From assembly GCA_965215185.1 (NCBI GenBank), contig OZ244034.1, positions 2,368,001 through 2,432,000 on the forward strand: a stretch of 64,000 nt of DNA, written 5' to 3'. How positions within the stretch are numbered: the stretch's first letter is position 1; each line of letters opens with the position of its first letter. The DNA is from Acidimicrobiia bacterium (lineage in GTDB: Bacteria > Actinomycetota > Acidimicrobiia > Spongiisociales > ZC4RG35). The translations under genes and the position numbers were made by a program. The notes beneath the pieces were generated by a model, which had not been told where the DNA came from, ran no database searches, and was given only the letters and a program-made list of their open reading frames with translations. This document shows positions 49,996 through 57,945 of the stretch, piece after piece.

Positions 49996-50835
49996 ATGAC
50001 TGAATGGATCACCACCTCCGACGGCGTACGAATCGCCTACCACCAAGTGGGGGAGGGCGACCCCGCCATCATCTTCATTCACGGCGCCTACAGCAATCGA
50101 AGAGGCTTCGGCTTCCAAGAGGAGTACTTCTCCCCCAACCACCGCTGCGTGGCGGTCGACCTGAGGGGACACGGCGAAAGCGACAAACCCGACGAGATCT
50201 ACACCATGGACAGACACGGGGATGATGTGGCTGAACTCATCCGCCACCTGGGGTTGGAGAAGCCGGCGCTGGTGGGCCAAAGCATGGGCGGCCAGGTGAT
50301 CATCGCCGCCGCGGCTCGGCATCCCGAACTGGTGGGCGCCATCGCCAGCCTCGACTCACCCAGCAACATACCCGGATGGCACCAGCGCCATCACGGTCCC
50401 TACCAACACCTGATGACCAAAGACGGCCCATTCCGAGAGACACTCATCGCCTTTCTGAGCGCCGCCTACCTTCCCACCGACAACCCTACCCGGCTCGGGG
50501 GAATGGCCGAGCGGCTGGCCGAAGTCCCCGACCATGTGATTACCAACAGTTGGCAGGGTAAAGAGAACTACGACCCCACACCGACCCTACGCCGGGTGCG
50601 ATGCCCCTATCTTTATATCGATTGCGGCCAGCCGGATCTCGAGCTGGACCTGCTGCGAGACTTGTGTCCGCAGGTTGTGGTTGGAAAAACGGTCGGCGCC
50701 GGACACAAGGCGCTCCAGGATGTACCCGACCAGATCAACGCCATGCTCAACCGTTTCATCCAACACGCCGACGGCATCGCCGCCGAAATGGTCCGCACCG
50801 GCGGAGTCTTCCAATACAACTTCCCCAAGACCTAA
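49996..50835 (+). CDS. alpha/beta-fold hydrolase, tandem copy 3 (279 aa)
   Basis: HGA, GQSMGG and GAGH. Confidence 0.9.
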   Translation: MTEWITTSDGVRIAYHQVGEGDPAIIFIHGAYSNRRGFGFQEEYFSPNHRCVAVDLRGHGESDKPDEIYTMDRHGDDVAELIRHLGLEKPALVGQSMGGQVIIAAAARHPELVGAIASLDSPSNIPGWHQRHHGPYQHLMTKDGPFRETLIAFLSAAYLPTDNPTRLGGMAERLAEVPDHVITNSWQGKENYDPTPTLRRVRCPYLYIDCGQPDLELDLLRDLCPQVVVGKTVGAGHKALQDVPDQINAMLNRFIQHADGIAAEMVRTGGVFQYNFPKT

Positions 50836-50936
50836 ACCCCGCTTCTCGCAAGGGACTCAAGTTCTTACCAGTCCTGTGACCAGCGTGGAGGGTGACCTTG
50901 GAATTCCACCCGCACCCGGCAAGTAAGCTCCGGTCC

Positions 50937-51776
50937 ATGACTGAATGGATCACCACCTCCGACGGCGTACGCATCGCCTACCACCAAGTAGGCGCCGGCG
51001 ACCCGGCCATCATCTTCATTCACGGCGGATTCGGAAACCGGGGCGGCTTCGGCTTCCAAGAGGAGTACTTCTCGCCCAGCCATCGCTGTGTGGCAGTGGA
51101 CCTGCGGGGCCATGGTGAAAGCGACAAACCCGATGAGATATACACAATGGAGGGTCATGCCGACGACGTGGCGGAACTGATCCGTCAACTGGGCCTCAAA
51201 AGACCGGTGCTGGTGGGCCAGAGCATGGGCGGCCAGGTCTTAATCTCCACCGCCGCCCGCCATCCCGAGTTGGTGGGCGCCATCGCCAGCCTCGACTCAC
51301 CCAGCAACATCCCCGGATGGCACGACCGCCATCATGGTCCATTCGATCACCTGATGACCAAGGACCAGCCGTTCCGCGATACCCTGCGCGACTTCCTCAA
51401 AGCCTCCTACCTACCCACCGACGATCCCTCGCGGGTGGCCACCATCGGCAACCGGTTGGCGGAAGTGCCTGACCATGTCATCCTCAACGGCTGGCAGGGG
51501 ATGATGGGCTTTGACGCGGGGCCGCTACTGGCCGGGGTGCAGTGTCCGTATCTGTACATCGACTGTGGACAGCCGGATCTCGATCTCGAACTACTCCGCG
51601 AGTTATGCCCCCAAGTTGTGATCGGAAAGCCCGTCGGCGCCGGACATAAGGCGCTCCAGGATGTGCCCGACCAGATCAACGCCATGCTCAACCGTTTCAT
51701 CCAACACGCCGACGGCATCGCCGCCGAAATGATCCGCACCGGCGGAGTCTTCCAATACAATTTCCCTGACGTTTAG
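50937..51776 (+). CDS. alpha/beta-fold hydrolase, tandem copy 4 (279 aa)
   Basis: HGG, GQSMGG and GAGH; start ATG 50937 by alignment with the other copies. Confidence 0.9.
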   Translation: MTEWITTSDGVRIAYHQVGAGDPAIIFIHGGFGNRGGFGFQEEYFSPSHRCVAVDLRGHGESDKPDEIYTMEGHADDVAELIRQLGLKRPVLVGQSMGGQVLISTAARHPELVGAIASLDSPSNIPGWHDRHHGPFDHLMTKDQPFRDTLRDFLKASYLPTDDPSRVATIGNRLAEVPDHVILNGWQGMMGFDAGPLLAGVQCPYLYIDCGQPDLDLELLRELCPQVVIGKPVGAGHKALQDVPDQINAMLNRFIQHADGIAAEMIRTGGVFQYNFPDV

Positions 51777-51921
51777 AAGACCCCTGCCGCCTGAAGATCA
51801 GGCTGGTTAATACTTGCTGCCTTGACCGAGGTCGACCCTCAAGGCCTCTAGCAACTAGCAGCTGAAGGGGCGGCAGCCGCTAATACCGGGCAAGGCCGCG
51901 GCCGATCTCAAACCGCCGTCG

Positions 51922-52836
51922 CTAGCCAGCGATGGACATAACCAGGCCAACCCCCACCAGCCCGACCCCGGTCCACTGCAGGCTATGGAGCCGTTCGTTG
52001 AAGAACATCACCGCGCCGATCACGGCTATCACCCGCCCACTTTGGGAGAGGATCCCGATCAACCAAGCCGGCGCATAAGCCAAGCCATATCCGAAAGTCA
52101 CGAAAGAAACGGCGTCGATCAACCCCACCAACCCCAACATCCATCCGCTCTTCCAGGTCAGTTTGGCTATTACCTGCTCACCAAACCTTGACGGGGAGTC
52201 AACTCCCCTGCGTAATCGCCGGTCGGCGACCCGGGAGACTATCACAAACACGAAGAAGACGTAGGCCACCGTGTAGGCACGCTGGGTGATGATGGTCCAG
52301 TTGGAATCCAGTCCATCACGGATGGGTATCTTCAAGCCAGCATTGGATAGGGACCCCACCAGTACCGCGATCATGGCAAAGACCGGCCCCCAGGTGACCA
52401 GTCGGATCTTGGCGCCTTTTTCGATCACCAGCGAAGCCAGCACCGCTCCCAGAGCCGCGATCGGGATCCCGATCCACTGCACCGTACTCGGCCTCTCGGC
52501 CAGCAACCAATAGGAGTAGACCACGGTGACAGCCCCCGACAGGGCGCTGATAGGGCTCACCACCGAGATCGGACCTAAGCGCAAGGCCATGTAACTGCCT
52601 AGAAACGACCCTCCCGCTGCCGCGCCCAGCCATCCCAGAAAGATGATCTGGTCTTTGTTGATCGCCAACGGCACACCGATGGCCAACGCCCAGGCGATCA
52701 TCACCACAAAGGCTATGGACAGAGTGATGGTGGTGGAACGCAACACGCCGAAGCGGCGAGCAACCACCGCAGTTAATAGGTTGTTGACACCCAGCGTCAC
52801 CGCCGTAATCAGCCCGAATACGACGCCGGTCACCAT
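51922..52836 (-). CDS. EamA/DMT family transporter
   Basis: About 10 TM segments; GPISVVSPI..L and FFNERL..LQW.G. Confidence 0.82.
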   Translation of the reverse strand: MVTGVVFGLITAVTLGVNNLLTAVVARRFGVLRSTTITLSIAFVVMIAWALAIGVPLAINKDQIIFLGWLGAAAGGSFLGSYMALRLGPISVVSPISALSGAVTVVYSYWLLAERPSTVQWIGIPIAALGAVLASLVIEKGAKIRLVTWGPVFAMIAVLVGSLSNAGLKIPIRDGLDSNWTIITQRAYTVAYVFFVFVIVSRVADRRLRRGVDSPSRFGEQVIAKLTWKSGWMLGLVGLIDAVSFVTFGYGLAYAPAWLIGILSQSGRVIAVIGAVMFFNERLHSLQWTGVGLVGVGLVMSIAG

Positions 52837-52924
52837 AGTGCTATACGTCCCGGATGTAGAGGAACACCGGACAACCAGTCGGCCTTGACAGGCTCCTTCG
52901 CCTCAAACCGAATCCGGTTAGGAC

Positions 52925-54142
52925 TCAGACCTCTTGAACGATTTCAGCACGGGCCGCGCCAGCCACCCCGGCCACCTTGGAGATATCGGTCCGGCCGGTT
53001 CGCTGTGGCATCCAACTTACCAGCTTGTTGAACATCTGGTTGAGCATGTAGAAGGTCAGCAGCGAATAGAAAGCCACCACCACCGCCACGATCACCAACC
53101 GAGCTGTGTTGGTTTCCTGCACAGCAATGCTGGCCATATGGCCCAGTCCGGTGGGAAAACCCAGGAATTCTGCGGCAATGGTCAAGGACCATCCCAAGCC
53201 AGCAGAGAGCAACAGAGCAGTACGCAACTCAGGCATCGCCCCAGGCACGATCACCTTGAAGTAGGTGTACGGTCGCGAAGCGCCCAGTGTCCGGGCGCTT
53301 TCAATGAACCGGTCAGGCACATTGGCCACAGAGTTCATGGTGGCCACCACCAACGTCACCCACACACCGAAAGCAATAAAGGCGACGGCGCCCCGGAAGT
53401 TGGCGCCCAACCCGAACTGCAACCAGGGAATGGCCGCCAACAGGGGGATCATCCGCAGGAAGTTCATAGGAGCCCAGGCGGTCTGGCGCAAGACCGGCCA
53501 ATAGGGAATGGCCAAACCGGTGGCAATGCCGATCACCAGACCGATAGCCAAACCAACCAACAACCTGGAAAGGGTCATGAACGAGTGAAAACTCAGCGCT
53601 AGAAACACCGCCGGCCAAGTCCGAGCAGCGTCACCGCCCAAGGCGGGGTAGGGCGCCAATTCCTCGAATCGCACCTCTAAAAAGAGAATTGGGACTTTAT
53701 TAAGGAACCAGTCCCCGGACATTCTGAAAAGAGTGTCTCCGAACACGTAGTCCCATCCAGGAACCAAGGGGTGTTCCAGAGTCCCTTCCGGCGCCACATA
53801 AGACACCAATTGCCATCCCACCAACAACACTGCCCAGGTGATGAAGAAAAGCGGGTTATTCCGCATCGCGTTCAGCAACCTGCGAGGCGCGTTTCGCAAA
53901 CCCTGACCTATCCTGGCAAGCCTGCTCACGGAACCAGAAAAGCGAAGCGTGAGGGGCCAAACCCAGAACAGAATCACCCACAAAGCCAAGAATGACCAGG
54001 TGATAAAAAGCACATCGTCCTGTCGCGTCCAAGTCGTCAGAGAAAAGCTGTCAGGCAGCAGCAGCAGCAGCAGCCAAGGCACCAACAGGAACCAAACAAA
54101 CCACCCTATCCAGAAAAGACTGGGGCGAAGCGACTTATTCAA
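52925..54142 (-). CDS. ABC transporter permease (NitT/TauC type) with N-terminal TM extension
   Basis: EAA loop IESARTLGAS, IAAEFLG..GLG. TTG start overlaps the ATPase stop. Confidence 0.88.
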   Translation of the reverse strand: MNKSLRPSLFWIGWFVWFLLVPWLLLLLLPDSFSLTTWTRQDDVLFITWSFLALWVILFWVWPLTLRFSGSVSRLARIGQGLRNAPRRLLNAMRNNPLFFITWAVLLVGWQLVSYVAPEGTLEHPLVPGWDYVFGDTLFRMSGDWFLNKVPILFLEVRFEELAPYPALGGDAARTWPAVFLALSFHSFMTLSRLLVGLAIGLVIGIATGLAIPYWPVLRQTAWAPMNFLRMIPLLAAIPWLQFGLGANFRGAVAFIAFGVWVTLVVATMNSVANVPDRFIESARTLGASRPYTYFKVIVPGAMPELRTALLLSAGLGWSLTIAAEFLGFPTGLGHMASIAVQETNTARLVIVAVVVAFYSLLTFYMLNQMFNKLVSWMPQRTGRTDISKVAGVAGAARAEIVQEV

Positions 54143-54915
54143 ACCTTGGTCGCCTCTTCTTCGGTGATGCCCAAATGCTGCAGGATCACCTTGGTGATCT
54201 GTACCGCCTCGGCGCCAGCCCGGACATCTTCGTCGCGGGGACGGGGAAGGGTGACCGGGATGTCGTCCACCAATTTGCCTTCGGCCAAAAGGATCACCCG
54301 ATCGGCCAAGATCAGCGCCTCCTCGATGTCGTGGGTAACGAAAAAGATGGTCTTTTGGGTCTCTCCCCACAAATCCAGGAGCACATCATGAAGGTTGCGG
54401 CGTGTGAAGTAGTCGAGCGATCCGAAGGGCTCATCCATCAGAATCACATCCGAACCCACCGCCATGGCCGACGCCAGCGCAACCCGCTTGCGCATACCTC
54501 CCGAGAGTTCCCGCGGCCACGAGTCAGCAAAATCGGTCAAACCCACTGCCTCCAACCAATGGGCGGTGATCTCCTCTCGTTCCTCTTCGGGCGCTTTCAT
54601 GGCCCGCAGGCCGAATTCCACATTCTCCTTGACATGCAACCAAGGGAACACCGTGTCCTGCTGGAAGACCATTGCTCTATCGGCACCCGGCCCGGTCACC
54701 ACTTCGTCACCCAATTTCACCTGCCCGGCGGTGGGAGGCTGCAGGCCTGCCAGTACTCGAAGAAGGGTGGTCTTGCCGTGCCCGGAGCGTCCCACCACAC
54801 ATACGAACTCGCCGCTCTGCACGTCGAAGTTGACGTCTTGAAGAGCATTAACCAACTGGCCGGACCGGTGTTCGAACACACACCACAGGTTCTCGAAAGT
54901 GACGACTCTTGACAT
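54139..54915 (-). CDS. ABC transporter ATP-binding protein (NitT/TauB type)
   Basis: Walker A GRSGHGKTT, LSGGMRKR, LMDEPF, VTHDIEEA. Confidence 0.95.
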   Translation of the reverse strand: MSRVVTFENLWCVFEHRSGQLVNALQDVNFDVQSGEFVCVVGRSGHGKTTLLRVLAGLQPPTAGQVKLGDEVVTGPGADRAMVFQQDTVFPWLHVKENVEFGLRAMKAPEEEREEITAHWLEAVGLTDFADSWPRELSGGMRKRVALASAMAVGSDVILMDEPFGSLDYFTRRNLHDVLLDLWGETQKTIFFVTHDIEEALILADRVILLAEGKLVDDIPVTLPRPRDEDVRAGAEAVQITKVILQHLGITEEEATKV

Positions 54916-54931
54916 ACTGTTTCCTCCTTGT

Positions 54932-55882
54932 TTAAAGCCCTAGTCGGCGGCCGGACTCGGACCACCTGGTTATGAAACGGATTCCCAACACCAGCAAACC
55001 GTCGACCACCACGGCCAGCACACCGAGAAACACCGTCAGGGAAACCAGCGCCTCCGCAGCGCCGACCGTACCCATCAAAAAACTCCATATTCGGATCAGA
55101 AACCCTCCCCCCAACTGTGGCCCAAGCACCTCCACTAAGGCGCCCAGCCCCCAGGCGCCAGCCAAGGCGATCCGAAAGCCACCGGCTATTTCGGGCACCG
55201 TCCCCCTCAAGTACACCCATCGGAATATGGATCTGGGGGTCCCTCCCAGGGTAAGAGCGGACTCCACAATACCCACCGGGATGTTCTCCGCTGCCCGACG
55301 GCTGAAAAAATACATGAGCAGAGTGGTGTAGAAGGTAATCAACCCGATCGTGGTAAGGAGAGGAATCTCGATCCCGAACCAGATCACGAAGAAAGGGGCA
55401 GCGATAAAGATGGGCGCCGTCCCGAAAAAGGAAGCAACCGGTGTTACTACCTCGGCAATCTTGGGAAAGACCAGGCTTCCCAATCCCATCGATAAGCCTA
55501 AGATCGTCCCAAGGGCAGCCCCTATCAGGATGTTCTTGGTGGTCTCCGCCAGATGGAGCGCATATCCAAAGCAGATATCGGGGATGTCTACAATTCTCTC
55601 GCCGGCCAAATCCGGGCAGGCTTGCGTGATATATCTGCTTCGCAAACCCTCGCTAAACAAAAAATTCTGTACGAAATGGGTGATTGTATTCCAAGGCCTC
55701 GGCATAAAGGTCTGAGGATCATCCATCAGAAACAGGAGAGGCGAAATGGACGAGGCCATCCACTCCCAGACCGCGAAAAACGCCAGCATCCCAAGTATCA
55801 AATACAGTACGTAGGCCACTCGGCGCCGCCGACTGGCGCGCCGCGCCTTCGCTCTCACATCAAGAACATCGGTTCTCGTCAT
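54932..55882 (-). CDS. ABC transporter permease (NitT/TauC type)
   Basis: EAA loop VESALTLGG, multiple TM segments; start trimmed to MTRTD. Confidence 0.85.
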   Translation of the reverse strand: MTRTDVLDVRAKARRASRRRRVAYVLYLILGMLAFFAVWEWMASSISPLLFLMDDPQTFMPRPWNTITHFVQNFLFSEGLRSRYITQACPDLAGERIVDIPDICFGYALHLAETTKNILIGAALGTILGLSMGLGSLVFPKIAEVVTPVASFFGTAPIFIAAPFFVIWFGIEIPLLTTIGLITFYTTLLMYFFSRRAAENIPVGIVESALTLGGTPRSIFRWVYLRGTVPEIAGGFRIALAGAWGLGALVEVLGPQLGGGFLIRIWSFLMGTVGAAEALVSLTVFLGVLAVVVDGLLVLGIRFITRWSESGRRLGL

Positions 55883-55930
55883 CGTCACTGGAGATCTGGT
55901 CCTTGCTTGTTTTTGGTTTTTACAGGCCAA

Positions 55931-55965
55931 ACGCGGGGCCGGACAGACTTTGTCCGGCCCCGCGT
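55931..55965. terminator. 15-bp perfect intercistronic hairpin after the substrate-binding protein gene
   Basis: ACGCGGGGCCGGACA-GACTT-TGTCCGGCCCCGCGT; probably a partial terminator or mRNA stabiliser. Confidence 0.75.
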
Positions 55966-56007
55966 CAGGCTTTTCTCTTGTCTACTCAGACAAACGCTTC
56001 TCAGAGC

Positions 56008-57774
56008 TTAGCCGATAAGGGCGGCTTCGAGATAACGCTGGGCGTCGTAGAAGTTGTAACGGTCATAGAAGACATGGGCCTGATCGATCAACGCCTGCTG
56101 GCTCTCAGAGAGGCTCATGTCCATCGCCCGGGCGAACAGGTCATCAGAGCGATCCTGCATGCCCTTCAGGTCGTAGTAGAGCTCCTGGGCCAGCAAGAAC
56201 TGCTCCAAGCCTGCCTGCGTATCGTAGGTCGCCGACAAAGTCCCTTGAGACTTCAGCTTCTCGATCTGGGTCCTGAACACCGTCTCGGGGTGATAGCTGG
56301 GCAGAGTCAAGTCCCACAGGGCTGCCTGGTCTTCCCAGTTGAAGGACGGGTCGATCGTGTCCCAGATGATCCCGATGTCGGCGGGCTCCATGGACAACTG
56401 GCGCTTCTCGTTGATGAGGTTAGCTTCAATAGCCCAGAGTTCCTCCTGAGTGGCGGGATCTTCCAGAGCGGCGAAAATGCGGTTGGCGACGGAGATAACC
56501 CGGTAAGCCAGGTCCTTGTTCTCCTCCACCCACTCGCGGCGGGCCAACAGTCCGGTACCACCGACAGTGGCCGAAGCAATAGCTGTCTGCTGCGAAAGAG
56601 CGTCGTGCTCATACATCTGCGCGAAGTTGATCAGCGGATCCCATCCGTTGCGCATCATCTGCACCAGCGTGGGAGCGCCATAGGGCATGGCGAAGTCAAT
56701 ACGACCTGCAACAGCCGAGAGCTCCACGATCGTGGGGTCATCGACATACACCGGCTGAGAGTAGTTACGCCAGTCGTTGGTGGTTATGCGGATGGGCTGC
56801 GTGTTGCCGTCAGCGTCCAGAGCCGGCGTGCCGTCCCTGTTCAAAAGCACCAGCGGGTTGCCTTCACCATCCAGAGCCGGGATGTCCGCTTCCACATCCT
56901 CCCACCACTGGGGCAGATATGCAAAAAAGGCGTCCGAATACTGGGACTGGGTGGTGCTGTGCGGCGGGATGTGAACCTCGGAACCGACCAACTGCTGGAC
57001 AGCCGCAGTGGCCGCCTCGGGATAGGTCATCCCTTCATCCATGAACTCCAACGCAGTCTTGGCATCGCTGTCGGGCGATACCAGGATGGCGTATCCCACA
57101 TAGATGTCCGCGAAGTGGATCGCAGGAAGGGACTGACCGAAGGTCTCCAACGTTCCGAACACTCCTGGCACCCAGGCTTGGGCCACATCACCGTCACCAC
57201 GCTGCAACCAGGGAACGATTTCCTGGGAAGCGGTGAAGTAGTGATAAGTGGGCGAATTGGGGGTGATGGTGATATTCAGTTCATCCCACCAGCCCAACTC
57301 GATCGGAATCTGCCAATAGGCGAGGTCGGCGCAGCAGGGATAGATACCCATGGCCACTTCGGCGGACCGGATCCCGGGCGCCTCGACCATCGAAGCCATC
57401 TCCAATTCCATCTGGGCTTGGGACGCAGCATCAGCAGCAGCAGCAGCATCCGCCTCCGCCGCAGCAGCAGCAGCCTGAGCATCCGCCAGCGCAGCATCAG
57501 CATCCGCGCCACCGGCTGCGGCATCCGCCTCCGCATCGGCCAGCGCAGCCTGAGCATCAGCCAGCGCAGCCTGAGCATCAGCAGCAGCAGCATCCGCCGC
57601 AGCAGCAGCAGCCTGAGCATCAGCAGCAGCAGCAGCTTGGGTAGCAGCATCCGCCTCCGCCGCAGCAGCAGCAGCCTCAGCCGCAGCAGCAGCATCGTCG
57701 TCACCACCACCGCAGGCCGAAGCCAACAACGCCAGAGCAGCCATCAATACGATGACACCTCTAAGTTTCTTCAT
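56008..57774 (-). CDS. ABC substrate-binding lipoprotein with long Ala/Asp-rich linker
   Basis: Lipobox LASAC, about 90-aa Ala-rich repeat, then globular domain; first gene of the ABC operon. Confidence 0.8.
   Translation of the reverse strand: MKKLRGVIVLMAALALLASACGGGDDDAAAAAEAAAAAAEADAATQAAAAADAQAAAAAADAAAADAQAALADAQAALADAEADAAAGGADADAALADAQAAAAAAEADAAAAADAASQAQMELEMASMVEAPGIRSAEVAMGIYPCCADLAYWQIPIELGWWDELNITITPNSPTYHYFTASQEIVPWLQRGDGDVAQAWVPGVFGTLETFGQSLPAIHFADIYVGYAILVSPDSDAKTALEFMDEGMTYPEAATAAVQQLVGSEVHIPPHSTTQSQYSDAFFAYLPQWWEDVEADIPALDGEGNPLVLLNRDGTPALDADGNTQPIRITTNDWRNYSQPVYVDDPTIVELSAVAGRIDFAMPYGAPTLVQMMRNGWDPLINFAQMYEHDALSQQTAIASATVGGTGLLARREWVEENKDLAYRVISVANRIFAALEDPATQEELWAIEANLINEKRQLSMEPADIGIIWDTIDPSFNWEDQAALWDLTLPSYHPETVFRTQIEKLKSQGTLSATYDTQAGLEQFLLAQELYYDLKGMQDRSDDLFARAMDMSLSESQQALIDQAHVFYDRYNFYDAQRYLEAALIG
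57420..57700. repeat. low-complexity (GCA)n-based tandem repeats encoding ADAQAA/AEADAA units
   Basis: Repeated GCCTGAGCATC, GCATCCGCCTCCGCCGCAGCAGCAGCAGCCT and GCA runs. Confidence 0.85.
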
Positions 57775-57837
57775 TCGATCTTCCTTCCGCTCGCTTGCAT
57801 ATCGGGCCCCAAGGGCACACGACTAGGACATGGCTAT

Positions 57838-57851
57838 GTCGGTATACCGAC
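57838..57851. promoter_or_regulatory. 14-bp perfect palindrome, candidate GntR/FadR-type operator of the ABC operon
   Basis: GTCGGTATACCGAC lies between a candidate minus-strand promoter (TTGGCA-18-TATATA) and the SBP start. Confidence 0.5.
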
Positions 57852-57945
57852 TCCAGCCCCTAAATATATAGCGACTTCACCCGGTTAATGCCAAAAACAG
57901 AGAGAACTTTTGATCTAAAGCAGGCAACTGCCACGTAGCACAGCC

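Noticed and set aside
50853-50862. ACTCAAG half-site resembling HAIR
   Set aside because: No matching CTTGAGT arm at the correct spacing, and not near heat-shock genes.
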